A stretch of 64,000 nucleotides of DNA. Origin: Vermamoeba vermiformis (lineage: Eukaryota). The translations under genes and the position numbers were made by a program. The notes under the pieces were generated by a model that did no database searches, had not been told where the DNA came from, and saw nothing but the letters and a program-made list of their open reading frames with translations. Within the stretch, counting starts at the first letter, position 1; every line of letters starts with the position of its first letter. This document shows positions 12,079 to 27,389 of the stretch, one piece after another. The DNA is taken from positions 124,001 to 188,000 of the forward strand of contig JBEWZL010000003.1 in assembly GCA_045837725.1 (NCBI GenBank). The letters are read 5' to 3'.

Positions 12079-14196
12079 TTATTTATATTTGCCTACAACT
12101 GATTGAAGCATAGTCGCAAAGTTAAATTTGATACCTGGATACTTCAAGTACGAGAATATATGAGTCCACACTTCGATCGGAAACTCGATCTGCCCTCCTT
12201 GCTTGTGAGTTCGAATGATATTGTGGCTCAGCACCAGAGCGTTATTAATTCTTTCTTTTCTTAGTCTTTGGTTCTTCGAAATCAACGGTTCAATGCCATC
12301 AACGAGGCGTACGTCGTAGCCTTCATAAGCCGTAACAGATTCGTTTACTTGCAACGCCTCTATCAGCAATTGTCGACATGGTTCTATTTCCAAATGTGGC
12401 ATATCACAATATTGTCTGCTCTCCAATGAACGAAGTGTCGTATTAGCTTCGAGACCATTACACAGATGCGTCATGGCAAGAATATTCTTTGCTCCGTCCA
12501 ATACTAATCTCTCTAGTGTCGTATTAATGCTCAAAAGTCTTTCAAACGATCCCTCTGTATCATAGCTAATCGTTGTATAAGCTAAAGTTGTCAACGTAGG
12601 GTGATGTAGAAGTGACTCGCAGATCCACTTCGTTCCAATCGTGCCGATCGAATTGCCGGTCATATCCAGCGAAGTTAAGCTGACGTTATTTCGAAGACCT
12701 CGTGACAAGCTTTTGGCACCGTTATCTTCAATCGAGCAGTCGGATATGCGCAAGTACTGCAAGGTCGTGTTTTGCTGCAACGTGGCTGAAAAATCATTGC
12801 ATACAGTTAAGTCCATCATATTGGCTCCAAACTCTAGTGACCTCAAGCTGCTATTGACCTTCAATGCTTCCAGCACTAGGTGAGAATCTTCGTTGTTTCC
12901 AAAAAATTCGAGTTTTGTGAGAGTGCTGTTGACGCACAAAAAATCCTTGAGCTGTTGGCTCTGTATGTCACTGAAGTCCAACACTGATAAATCTAGCGCT
13001 ACTAATGTCGTGTTATGCTTCAGCGCGTTGAATAATTGTTCGCTTGTGTCCTCCGTCATATTATCAGTAGTCAAGCCGAGATCAGTCAACGTTGAATTTG
13101 TGGCCAATGGCTCAAAATGAATAGCGCCCCATTGAGCTGCAAAGTCGTAGCATTCGTTAACATGAAGGGTTCGTAGCGTCGTGTTGACTTTCAGCGCCTC
13201 CGAAATTTCTTGTATTGTTACGTCGGGCTCTATTAAACTGCTAGAGTCAAACTCCAAAGAAGTTAACGTGTGATTGTTCTTCAATATTTTTCCGAACAGC
13301 GGAAATATTTCTGAAAACGTTAACTTGAGCTCCGTCAGCGTTTTGTTGCTAATCAACGAGTCACAAAATTTTCGTTCAATGTATCGTGGATCGGGCTGCC
13401 CATTAATTTTCTCTTCTTGTCCAGTCTTTTGCTTCTTTTTGGGGGGTTCTGCTTCGTCTTCGAGGTCTTCATCATTTTCGATGTGTGAAATGGCTAACTT
13501 CTTCAGCGAGGTGTTAACGCCGATCGCTTCTACAATGTAGCGAAGAGCCTTAAAAGACCCAAATTTGGCTCCTTCCATATTGAGGTCTTCAAGTGTAGTA
13601 TTGATTCGCAAAGATTCGCTGAGCGCCAGTGCAGCTTCTTCCGTCACATCGATATACGTCGCGTCTAATCGTTTTAAAGTCGTATTATACTTCAATCCTT
13701 CGAAGAAATATTCAAATCCTTCGCTGTATAATGTATGACCGAGCGTAATAGTCTCCAATGTCGGATGCGTTCGTACAAGTCGGCCCAAGCACTTGGCTGC
13801 TTCAACTGGTGCGGCGTCGAATATGCATTCTCTAAATGAGAGTGATTTAATGCCAGGGCTTAGCTGCAGCCCTTGACAGAGTAGATCCAAGTTGATTCTT
13901 AGTTTGTCTCTGTATCCGGACTTTTGTTCGAGCCTGACGTTCTCCAAGCCAACAACTTTGAAAGGAATATTCTGTATTATTGCGTCGAGTACTTTGTTAC
14001 TGCCGTCGACCAAAAGACACTGAAATAAAATTTATCAGATTCGCGTTTAAGGTATTAATACCTTAAAAAATAAATGGATGCCGTATTGCGATTGAACATA
14101 ATTTTATAATTTAATTACTAATTCAATTAATGACATTAATTGCAGTATTTAATAAGACATCAGTTTGCTTACTTGATTTTCATCGTTTGCTTCCAT
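12079..14196 (-). CDS. RNI/NLRC3-like LRR protein with a C-terminal F-box-like motif
   Basis: 28-aa LRRs (ALKxNTTLxxLxL); C-terminal EFPIEVWTHIFSYL; short first exon MEANDENQ (14173-14196). Confidence 0.85.
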
Positions 14197-14381
14197 TGCT
14201 GCGCCTTTCTTGCAATTGAAATGATAAACTTCGATTGCGTTCTTGTCTAAAAATGATCATCTCAAAGGATTTTTCATTGAGAAAACTTTTGTGGGAAGAA
14301 ACTGGACTGAAAAAAAATAGGTCACGAAGAACCCGCTACTTATAATATATTACATTTAATTAATTCCTCCTTTAGTAGCCA

Positions 14382-16345
<1,964 letters not shown>

Positions 16346-16529
16346 CTGAACGTCGTATTTTTGCATTAAATGTTAGCCTCTAAAATGTGCAATATCTTGC
16401 TACTGCGACGTCTTCATTTGTGTGCGAGTGAAATTATAATTGAGCAAATGAACGGAGGTTACCATTGGTGGTGCAGCACAAATCCGACATTTTGTCTATC
16501 CAACAAAACACCAGCAGCACGCGACTCTT

Positions 16530-17982
16530 ATGGCTAGTAAAATTGTTAATGGTTTTGCTGGTGCAGTAGGCAACACGCCTCTAATAAAGATTGAAAGCTT
16601 GAGTAAAGCAACAGGATGCGAGATATTAGGTAAAATTTATGCAATATTGCGGTAATATTAATAATTAAACGCTTACTAATACTAAAAATACTTAGGTAAA
16701 GCAGAATTTATGAATCCTGGCGGTAGTGTCAAGGATCGTGCCGCTTTGTACATGATCGACAATGCTCGTCGTACTGGAGCCATCAAGGAAGGAGGTATTA
16801 ATTTTATATACTTATTTTAATTGTTTATACCTCTATAAGGGTATTATTTTTGCTTTCAGATACTCTCTGATTTTATATTAATTACGTTGACTAACGCGTC
16901 CATTGCAGGACTGTTAATCGAAGCCACGGCAGGCAACACGGGCATAGGCTTGATTCACATTGCCAAGCACTACAATTACCACTGTTTGTTTGTCGCGCCT
17001 GATAAAACCTCGTCAGAGAAAGTTGAGCTTCTGAAAACGCTTGGTGCCGATGTAGAATTGGCTCCAACAGTCCCTATTACCGGTAAATACACTCAATACA
17101 ATATGTCTTCCGTATTTATGTTATTAAGATATAATTTACATGGCTAATATTGAAGATCAGATCCCAATCATTTCTTCAACGTGGCTCAGCGCAAGGCTAA
17201 AGAGCTGAACGCATATTTTACGAACCAATTCGACAATTTAAGTAACTACGAAGCACACTACGAGACTACTGGACCTGAAATATGGGAAGCTACGGCACAC
17301 AAGATCGATGGGTTTACCACTTCTTCAGGTACGTGGATCTAGTTTTCTCCTCGTGTGATCTCGTGCAAACACATATCAATCGCTATTACTAGGCACTGGC
17401 GGAACGATTAGCGGTGTTTCATCGTTCTTGAAAGAACAGAACAGAAATGTCAAAGTGTCACTTGCCGAGCCTCAAGGATCCGGTCTCGTTCCCATTAAAA
17501 ACCCTGAAAAAGACGTGCTTGATTGGCGAATGAAAACAGACGAAGAGAAGAAGCTGTCGCCATCTTCAATACTCGAAGGCATTGGCAGCTCTCGGATGTA
17601 CGGAAATTTTATGAAGGCCAAAGTCGACGATGTTATCCACGTTAATGATTCCGTAAGAAATATACACACGTATTATTATTGATATAACTCTCATCTTCTA
17701 TTATATCTTTAGATTGCCGTTCATATGGGACATTACATACTGAAGCACGATGGGATCTTTTTGGGTGGATCTGCCTCATTGAATGTTGCAAGCGCTTACC
17801 TTATGGCTAAGCAAATGGGACCAGGCCACACCATTGTAACTATTCTTTGCGATGGTGGTGCACGATACGCCTCGAAGATGTACAACAAGGAGTGGCTCGC
17901 ATCCAAGAACTTGTCGCTGACTTCCGTTGAGGATTTAAGCTTTATGAGCGAAGCGGAAAAATTGAACGGCATAAAAAACTGA
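16530..17982 (+). CDS. cysK: Cysteine synthase (PLP-dependent)
   Basis: [60 protein letters not shown]. Confidence 0.93.
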
Positions 17983-18099
17983 GTTCACCAGTGAAAAACA
18001 CGTGCTTGCAAGTTCTTGTTTGGCAGTTAGTTATTTTCGTATTTTATTGCAAACGCACAACTAGTGCAATAGTATTTTTATTATTTTATTTTATTCAAT

Positions 18100-20233
18100 A
18101 TGGAGTATCCTGACTGCTTAAAGCACAAAGCTAAACGAGAGTGGATCTTAACACGAACGGCAACTGAACTTGCAGAGCGTAAGAAAATTAAAATATTTCT
18201 ATTACTTCACCGAGTATAATCGTTTTAATGCATCAGCCACGTAATTAATTAAAAATCATTAAAAAAATACTCAATTAAATTTATTGAATTCAACAACAAA
18301 TTATTTAAGCTTAGATAATACTCACCAACTTATTGTAGTAATCCAATCCCGTACCTATTCGTCTTTTGAAATCGTTTCAATCTTCGTTGAACGCATCCGT
18401 CAAGTCAATCGACGCATTAATGCCGTTGTGGTCGAGCTATTCGACGAGGCTCTGGCTCAAGCAAAGCAGGCAGACGTTCTATTAGACCAAGGAAAGCGAA
18501 TGGGACCATTACACGGAGTTCCGATAACTATCAAAGAATCTTTTTTCATGAAAGGAACACCAACCACGATCGGGCTTGACAAATACAAAAATAGAGTGAG
18601 TAGCCATAACATATTCGCAATTGTATTAATATTAACGGGTTGCCTTCAGATTGATGCAGAGGACGGTTGGATCGTGCAGCAACTAAAAGCAGCTGGAGCT
18701 ATTATTGTAGGCAAAACTAGTAAGCGCAACTATGATATATCGCTCATATATGTTGTATAACACGATTTAGATGTTCCTCAATTGCTCGCAGCTAATGATA
18801 GCGGTAATCCGATTTACGGTCAAACGTTTAACCCGTGGAATCTCGAGAGGTCACGTAAGTACTAATGCAATTTATCAACCAGTGAAGGTATGAGTACTAA
18901 CGTGAGTGCCTAGCGGGTGGTAGCACAGGTGGTGAAGGGGCTATTATTGCTGCTTGTGGCTCGCCTTTGGGTCTCGGATCTGACATCGGTGGATCCGTCA
19001 GATTTCCCGCAGCAAACTGTGGTAAGTCAAACAACACCATATCACTACATATCAAATACATCATAATTATGCGATTATAATTTTTTTTACGATAAGGCCT
19101 TATGTCGTTGAAACCTACTGCACGTCGGTTAACTATGGTGGGCCATTTCCCTTTGTACGAAGGAATGGAGGCAGTGATCGCTCAACTAGGGCCATTGGCC
19201 AAGAGTGTAGATGACTTAGACTTGATGATGCGCGTGCTGATTAAATACAACCCGATGGATCCGCTCACACCACCCGTGCCGGCCTACCCAGACATCAATC
19301 AAGTAGACGTGTCTAAATTACGTGTCGGATATTTCTTGAGCAATAAGACGTTTGAGCCGTGTCCTGCTGTCAAAAGGTCGATTCTCAAAGCCGCTGAATT
19401 ATTACGAGAGAGTGGCGCGACGGTCGAAGAGTGGGATCCGATCGACACGAAAGAAGCTAGTATGGTCGCTGTCAAACTTTTATTCGGGGATGAAGGCAAG
19501 CAGACTATTAACTCTCTTAAGGGTAGCACAGTTCATCAAGTAAGAGTTCACGATAAAAGTTAACCTAACCCGATCTAACTCCGAAATTTCTTTCAGGTGA
19601 ACAAAAGAATCCTTAGTGCCTTTAAGACTCCAAGGTTCTTAATATGGACCATGAAGCTCCTATTAAAATTAGCTGGACAATCCAAACTTGCAGATACCCT
19701 AGCAATATTCGAGAAGTTGTCGGTAAATGATTACTGGGGCCAAGTAGATAAGAGAAATAAGTTCACGAAGAGTCTTTTAGAAAATGCATTTAAGGATAAA
19801 TATGACGTGCTTTTGTGCCCATCAGATCCACTTCCAGCAGGTAAGCTAAATTTCATTTTTTAAAATCGGATCTTAAAAATTAATTTTTAAATATAATTTT
19901 GTAGCCAAGCCGGTGGACTTCAATGACGTAGCGCCGATTGCAATGGATTATATCAAGATTGCAAGCTTGACGGGAATGCCAGCGGGAGTCATCTCTTTAA
20001 CTCGCGTACGGCCAGGCGAAGAGTCAGATCGAGCGTCAAAAGACTTTTTCGACAAAGCAGCTATTAAAATAGAACGAGGCAGTGCTGGATTGCCCGTCGG
20101 AGTTCAAGTTATAGGACGCCATTGGGAAGAACACATAGTGTTGGCGGTCATGAAGTACCTCGAAAAGCGTGTTCAGTTCAACGAAGATTATCCTATGAAT
20201 AGAGATTTGTTACCGCAAGTGGAGCTCAAGTAA
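18100..20233 (+). CDS. Amidase-signature (FAAH-like) hydrolase
   Basis: [43 protein letters not shown]. Confidence 0.92.
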
Positions 20234-20667
20234 AACAATTTGAAGTTTTTCCGACGGATGCGAAATTTGGATCTAGTTCTAAAACGTACGTAACAGCTCA
20301 AAATATCAGCAAGGCTTGGAATTTTTAATTCCTTTAAATTTTTTCATTGATCATTCAAAAACAAACACAATTCAATGAAATTAGTTCATGAACGTGCAGA
20401 AAGTAATAATGAAATATGATCTATCTTTCGATTAGCTAAATATGACAATATTTGACGATCAAAAAAGACCTCCATACAAGCATGATGCAAATTTTCAAGA
20501 TATCAGCACGAAGCAACGATATCTTTGTTCGCTTAACTCATTCTTAGAATCACTCGGAGATTACATTCATTAATGAGGTTGACATTATGACAAGTGACCC
20601 GTTTTAAAAGAGATAACATGTAACGTCGACGTTATTCAATTGCAATCGTTTAAATTAGAAGCAACAA

Positions 20668-22192
20668 ATGAATCCAATAACTTGCGTAGTCTTTCTGGCC
20701 CTAGTTGGTAACTTGGTGACAGCGCTCGAGGTCAGTCATTTAAACATTTGATTAAGTTAAAAAGATTACGAATACTCTTTAAGAAATATTTTTTATATAA
20801 TCCTTGATTTAAACAAACTTATCATGATTGAAAATTAACTGATCTTTTATGCAGACGATCAAAACATCTCCAATGAGCGACACTACAAACTTCCCGTTTA
20901 TTCCTTATGGTGCATCTGCGACTAGTGGTCCCTATACTATAACATCAGGTCTCTACAAGAACTCAACATCCGACTGGGCACTCAACATCCAGAAACGAAA
21001 CGCATCCGGCTATTACACTCAAATAGCGCAGCTTGCACCAATCCCTGGCTCAATCATGGTAGCTACAAATGGAAAATGGTTCGCTGCATCTTTTATGGAG
21101 AACGGCACCGCAGTCGTGTTTCAAGTGGTCGACAACGCTATATCCAACATTTTCTACATCAAGGAACGAGATGCAGTCGTTAAAATGCTATCGGACGATT
21201 CATTGCTATTCATTAGTGATGGCAACGTGACTACATATAACTACTTGACTGATGGCCAGTGGTCCGTGGTGGATCAATCCGCCCTCACAAATTTTCAATT
21301 GCTAAGCTACCTTGGCCTGATCCACGTAACAGACACTACCATTGCATATGTGGGCACCGATAAGGTCGCCTATATGTACGTCCGTTCAGATAAGTCCTGG
21401 CAGCTCCGCTACTCGATCCCTTTGAACGGCACTACGGGTCTCTACAACATGGCTTGGAATGGAGGAGATACTTTCATCATTAGTGGAATGGAAACATCTG
21501 GCGGTGGTGCTATTTCGCTGTATCAGCTGTCTGGCAATTCTTGGAATTTCGTGCACAATTTTACTGCCGAAGATCTGGAGATTAAACCGCTGGGCTACTT
21601 AGGACTGAATATGGCGCTGCTAGACAACGACACCTTCGTCTTTTCAGCTCCATTAGATGGCGTTGTATCCGCCTACGTTGGAGGATCTGCTTTTGTTCTT
21701 CAACGCAAATCCGGTACTTGGAGCGTGACCGTCAGATTGGAATCGTCTCAAACTGATATCTATGCACTTGGCATTGGTTATAATGACCTAGATATTCTTC
21801 TCTACTCTTGCAATGTCATCAAAACAGGCGTCGAACCCTACGCTGAGTGCACTCAGCAAGTACTGGCTCGCTGCTTTTCTGCCCCAATCGACGTCACCTG
21901 CAAAGATGTGAAGCTGGACTCATGCGCATCACTCTCTTCAGTTGATTTTTCAACGCTATATACTATCAACAATCCTCTCTGCGGCAACACAGATGTGAAT
22001 ATGAAGAGCCTCAGTGCGGATTCGGAAACCATCAAGCTTGCGTTGGAATTTACCCGTTCATTTGCTGATTCTGTTACATGCGATGCTCAAGTCACGTGCT
22101 CCAATCTAGTCAAGCTCGTGAGCAGTGCTGGTCAACAATTGGTCAACGTGTTTTTAGTGCTGTTTGCTATTACAACTTCATTGCTTATTTAA
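20668..22192 (+). CDS. Secreted, probably GPI-anchored beta-rich (propeller-like) surface protein
   Basis: Signal-peptide exon MNPITCVVFLALVGNLVTALE; FG-GAP-like segments; Cys-rich C-terminal region; SSA followed by a hydrophobic tail. Confidence 0.65.
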
Positions 22193-22237
22193 TAAAGAAA
22201 ACGAAGTTAATTCGTCAAATTGAAGCTAAAGTATATA

Positions 22238-23554
22238 ATGGATGATATACTAAGCGTAGACGATCTGCGCAAACCTTCTATTTTGCGTGCAGCAGTAGAT
22301 TCGGTTGCGAATCAAACTATCAATCCTCACACTGCCCTAAATATTCTAGAAAAAATATTACAGTGGTCTATGTTGACAGACAAGGTATAATATTGTAGGT
22401 TAAGTTCAAATAATAATTTATTAGCTTTTTTTAATTTTACTTTGTTAGATCTACGATGTCAAGGAAACAGGGCTGTATAATCCCCGGAATAATCTTAATA
22501 ATTAAGAGCAACACGAAATCGATTAATACAAATCAATTCAGTGCCCAAATAATCCTCAACTGCTTAAAGATCCTTCTGAACTGCAGCAAGCAGGACGACA
22601 TTACGGAGATTTTCGGAGATTTCAAAACAGTCCTAAACACGATAAAAAATCAATGCAAAGATAATTTACAAGTCGTAGAAGCAATTGACGCTTTGCTAAT
22701 GTCTTTAACGTCTCAGAACGACTCGAAAAGTACGTGCAAATATGATCCATAGTAGTATATGAAGTATTAATTATATTTATTTAGTTAGGAGGTTTACTTT
22801 TGTTCATGAAAATGACACAAAGCAGATCTCGCTTCGGATCGGCGAACTTGAACAACTTGGCGTTGGCTGGAAAATTTGGGAAGGCGGATTAGTATTAGCT
22901 CGATGGATACAACGAAATAAGCGAAATTTCACTAATTATAGATGTCTAGAAGTTGGTGCAGGTACGTACTTGGTACATCTGCGATCCGTACAAAAAATCA
23001 GTTTTTCCTTTACATCGAATCGAAGGCTCATATTTTACTATATTTAGGGTGTGGACTATCAGGGCTATTATTAGGACATTACTGCAAAGAAGTAGTGCTA
23101 TCAGATTACACGCAAAAGCTAGTTGAAAATTTGAACGAAAATATCAAACTTAATCCGGAGTTAAATAATACGACAGCCGAATTATTAGATTGGATACAAG
23201 TCCATAAGAAAGAAAATGTACCAAATTTAGGTTTGTTAATAATACAAGCAGTCGGATCTTGTCTAATTTTCCATTTTAGGAAAATTCGATGTTATCATTG
23301 GATCTGAGGTTCTTTATTTAGAAGATGCTTCAAAGTCATTAGCGCATACAATAGACACGTATTTAACACCTAATGGAGTAGTCTACATATTATCGATGCT
23401 TCAAAAATTTCGATTAGGCTTTGATCCGTTTGTGAACGAATTGAAGACGCTTGGATTCACTGTTAATATCGCCCTGGTGGACGAAGACCTTATTAAAGAC
23501 TTTAGTGATGAGAATAATTGGGTTCTAATCACAGCAAATAGGCAGCGCGAATAA
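22238..23554 (+). CDS. SAM-dependent protein methyltransferase (family 16/METTL21-like) with a helical N-terminal extension
   Basis: GVGWKIWEGGLVLARWI, CLEVGAGCGLSG, VVLSDY, FDVIIGSEVLY. Confidence 0.85.
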
Positions 23555-23867
23555 ACGAAATCATCATGTGTTTTTGTCCTTGATTGACGCGAGACGTGGC
23601 CTTCGCCGAACCATCACTGACAAATTTTGAAGGCTCTAATGCGAAACGACACTTGTAGACCTGCTAGCTGCTTGCCTCTAATGTCCGCAATCGCCAAATT
23701 TGGAAATATCAATTTACCGTTAAAAAATTCGAGCAATGGTATTGGTGGACCTCTCGTCGGATCATGCACAAAGCCTGCATATTGAAGGTCAAATTGAATA
23801 GTTGTAGAAACTATTGGCAGCCGGCTTTCAGATCTCGAATTATGAAGCAACGTTTGTGTAAGCTCTA

Positions 23868-25192
23868 TTAACATAATTTATTGTGTTGCCTTCGTATGTT
23901 TATAGCTTCTCGTATTAATTCTAAATTCACTTGGCCGTGCAATTCGTTTGACATCGGTGGAAATGTCAACTCGAGTGTGTCATCCCTACAACTTCGTGTC
24001 AATAAATCTCATCTCCAAATAGACTTATAATAACATTTATGTATGAATTTTGCTTACCCCGTCAGCTGCTGTAGAATCCATATCAATGGTTCATGAACGC
24101 TGAATTTGGCCCAGTTTGAAATCTCGCAGAACATCTGACCAAGCGAAAATGTGCCAGCGTCAACCACAACATCGCAAACATTACAATTCATTTAATCTTA
24201 CCACATTCATGCGCTTTTTCATCATTCTTACGAGAATGCCTATCTCTCTAGTGATTTTTTTCTTGTCATCGACTTCGCTGTCCTCTTTGAAAGGCAGATC
24301 CAGTTTGTTCATGCACACGGCAATCGGCAAGACATTTTCGCTGCAATAGCGACTGGTTGTATATTATTATTATTTATCTCGATTTAACATAATATACTTA
24401 CCTCCCACTGCGGATCCAGTTTGGAACGTTTCTATTGGTTGTCCTATTTGTGTCACAAAAAACTATAAGGCCGGAAGCTCCCAAACTAATCAATGAATTA
24501 GTATTTGCATATTTAGAAGAAAATTATTCTTACTAACATAAATCCCTTTCTTGTCCAGATCTCGTTACACCTGCCAAGCGGATTTGATTAATTATGCTGC
24601 TTATTTTGGCTAAGATTATTACCTATATCCCAAAGATCGATCACAAAATCTCTATTGGGTGATTTTATAACGAATTGGAACTGATTGCTGCCCATTGTAA
24701 CCTAAGTTCGCCGATCTGAGCATTGATTAGAGAACCGGCTATTAATAGCATTTACCGTACTTGATTTCCTGAAACTAGCCTTGAGAATGTTGTTTTCCCT
24801 GTTTTTCCTGTTGGTTGGAAGCCTAGTGAACCACATCCAGCGATCGGAAAGATCTACGAAAGTTCTTACCGTCACCAATGACAATGATTTTAATTTGCTT
24901 ATTGAAATCGAATATCTCTGCTTAGGCTAAGCAATGGTTGCATTTGTTTGAGCTGGAATAGTTTTGAAGGCAAGATCAGCGAATAAATATTCGGGTAATT
25001 CATTGCAAATCGAGATTTGAGTGCTTCATGATATAATTTTTCTTGTTGCATCTCGTGTTTACAATAATAATTGCACAATTTACGGAGAAAGAGGAGAGTT
25101 CGACGATCTGTCAAAGCGCCCAGCAGATTGAAGATCAGCCTCCAAATATCTCCCGGTACGCAGTCAATATTTAAATAATATTCGTGTTCCAT
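23868..25192 (-). pseudogene. F-box / Ran-like GTPase (copy 3), no hydroxylase domain; frameshift near 24911 (pseudogene or consensus error)
   Basis: MEHEYYLNIDCVPGDIWRLIF; after the shift KIIVIGDGKTGKTTF, IDLWDIGVTRSGQE, RNVPNWIR, CMNKLD, LTGDDTLELTFPP...HNKLC*. Confidence 0.75.
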
Positions 25193-25426
25193 ACTATTGT
25201 ATATATGCGAAGTTCCACAAACGGTCTGATCACTGAACACGAAAAATTAAACTTCTAAAGCTTCTCATTTGCCCCCCGGTTTTTTTGTGTTTTTTTTTTT
25301 TTTTCTCGGGGCCCCCATATTTGTGACTTGAATCAAGGAAAAAAAATCTATCAACGTTTTCTTGTCTCGATCCTTGGCAGCTTCACACGACACCAGAATC
25401 GATTATAAATTTTCCAAAAAAATATC

Positions 25427-27214
25427 ATGGATATGGATATTATACCGCAAGACTTATGGCCAATAATAACCAGCTTTATGGACGATAAAACAAAACGGCA
25501 GATGAGACTCGCAAACACAAAATGGTTCAACGCGATTAAATACAATAACTTCAGATTATATTTTACACGAAAAGAAGATGTAGCAACAATAACAGACCGA
25601 TTATCAAAATATTCTTGGCCGATCAAGGTAGAATTTAAAAAACCAAAAATTGATGATGCTTTAGACGTTATTCAGCACTTGTCTAAGTTAACCAACTTAA
25701 CGGAATTATATCACGATGAACAAGTTGAGTGGCAGAATTCTATTTCGCAAGATCAGTGGATGCATCTCTCAACTCTCACGAACATTGAAGTTTGGTCTTT
25801 TTTAAACAGTGGACCAGTACCTATGTCGTTGCCACTTTTCGGCGTAACAGTACCTAACGAACTATTGTTTAAATTCCCCAAATTAACTCACTGGCAAGAT
25901 TCTAAAGAAGCGGTTAAATATTTGACCAATTTAAATTCGTTGCATTTGGATTCCGATCAGTCATACGAGCGTAATTCAGAATCAAATAAGGCAACGTGGA
26001 TCGTAGCATTATTAGCAAATCCGGAAAAATTAACCCAACTCCACGTCGGCACATCCATAAACCAAGCAGATGGCTACGAAGTTTTGAGCCGTTTGACAAA
26101 CCTGAAAGAACTTCACCTTTCAAATAACTGCAATGATATTACAGACCTCTCTCAATTAAAAACACTAGAATATTGCGACCTTTCTGGCCGATTCATTCCG
26201 TCACTTAGAGCAAACACGAATCTGACGAAATTGCGGATTTGGATTCCAGCTGGCTGCTCAATAGACACAAACCAGTTAACAACTTTGACAAATCTTCATA
26301 GTTTAGAGATGATAGTGTTCCCAAATGATGAGCCAGTACAATTCAACTTTTTGTCGCATCTGATCCAACTCCGAAATTTCCGTTTGGACAATAGATCCGA
26401 CTACAATAATACCTCTACACATATACCTTCATCAATATACCAATGCTTATCACCAACATTGAAAGTTTTAAAGACATCAGGCGATATTTCATTGGATCTA
26501 GCAATGATTACGCATCTGACGAATCTCGAAGAACTCAACAATCCAAGACATATTCAATATTTATCCGTATTTACCAAGTTGAAAGTATTGCATGGTTTCT
26601 ATTCACACGAAGATCAGGATTGGCGAGCACTTGGAAAATTGACAAAATTGGAACAGCTCGTCTTTTCAATGAACAATTTTAGTGGCAATATTTCAGACTA
26701 TAAATTACCAGAAATTTCAGGACTTGTTAAACTAAGAAATATGTCATGGACCTCTGATAGCCTTCCCAACCAGTTGATGCACGGATTGCAATTTCTGACA
26801 GATCTGCAAAGTTTGAATATCCACAGCCGACAGCGCGATGAAAAACCTCTAGTTCATTGGGAGGTTTTCAGCGAATTAACGAATTTGACAAATCTGTCTT
26901 TATGGATTAAAACAGATTACGATGAAATGTTTTGGCGAAACCTTGCTCCATTGACGAACATTCAAAGCCTAAAAATATTTCCTACCAGCATTGGTGGCAA
27001 TGATGGAATATTGACGATGACAGCTTTCAGAAATTTGACAGAATTGTTCATTGAAAATGAACCGGGTGATGATTTCGATGGCTGTCATTTTACGGCACTA
27101 ACTTCACTCCAATTAATTTCATTCTATGGCATCGGCAACAGATTAATACACAAAAAAGAAACGTTATTAAAGACTATGCCTCACTTATTGTGGTATAACT
27201 ACATGGACATTTAA
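25427..27214 (+). CDS. Intronless F-box-like + LRR protein
   Basis: 595-aa ORF; IIPQDLWPIITSFMDDKTKRQMRLANTKW followed by LSxLTNLxxL repeats. Confidence 0.88.
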   Translation: MDMDIIPQDLWPIITSFMDDKTKRQMRLANTKWFNAIKYNNFRLYFTRKEDVATITDRLSKYSWPIKVEFKKPKIDDALDVIQHLSKLTNLTELYHDEQVEWQNSISQDQWMHLSTLTNIEVWSFLNSGPVPMSLPLFGVTVPNELLFKFPKLTHWQDSKEAVKYLTNLNSLHLDSDQSYERNSESNKATWIVALLANPEKLTQLHVGTSINQADGYEVLSRLTNLKELHLSNNCNDITDLSQLKTLEYCDLSGRFIPSLRANTNLTKLRIWIPAGCSIDTNQLTTLTNLHSLEMIVFPNDEPVQFNFLSHLIQLRNFRLDNRSDYNNTSTHIPSSIYQCLSPTLKVLKTSGDISLDLAMITHLTNLEELNNPRHIQYLSVFTKLKVLHGFYSHEDQDWRALGKLTKLEQLVFSMNNFSGNISDYKLPEISGLVKLRNMSWTSDSLPNQLMHGLQFLTDLQSLNIHSRQRDEKPLVHWEVFSELTNLTNLSLWIKTDYDEMFWRNLAPLTNIQSLKIFPTSIGGNDGILTMTAFRNLTELFIENEPGDDFDGCHFTALTSLQLISFYGIGNRLIHKKETLLKTMPHLLWYNYMDI

Positions 27215-27389
27215 GAATAAACTTTTCATTTTCGCAATCGAATGTTTTTTTCTAGAGAAAAAGGAAATAATCGTAAGACAACAAGTAAACGCCATAATAG
27301 TGTCTAATGTACCTCTTGCTTTATGGCCAAGAGAACCAGGTTAGTGAACGACGACCCAGAGTCTGTGATGAGATGTATATTTGACGTCC

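Noticed and set aside
23614-23874. 86-aa ORF downstream of copy 3 as a possible replacement C-terminal domain
   Set aside because: It is out of frame with the last exon, has no recognisable motif, and no splice link is supported.
25270-25320. Homopolymer G/C/T runs (also at 15895-15940)
   Set aside because: These look like low-quality sequence; no structure is supported.
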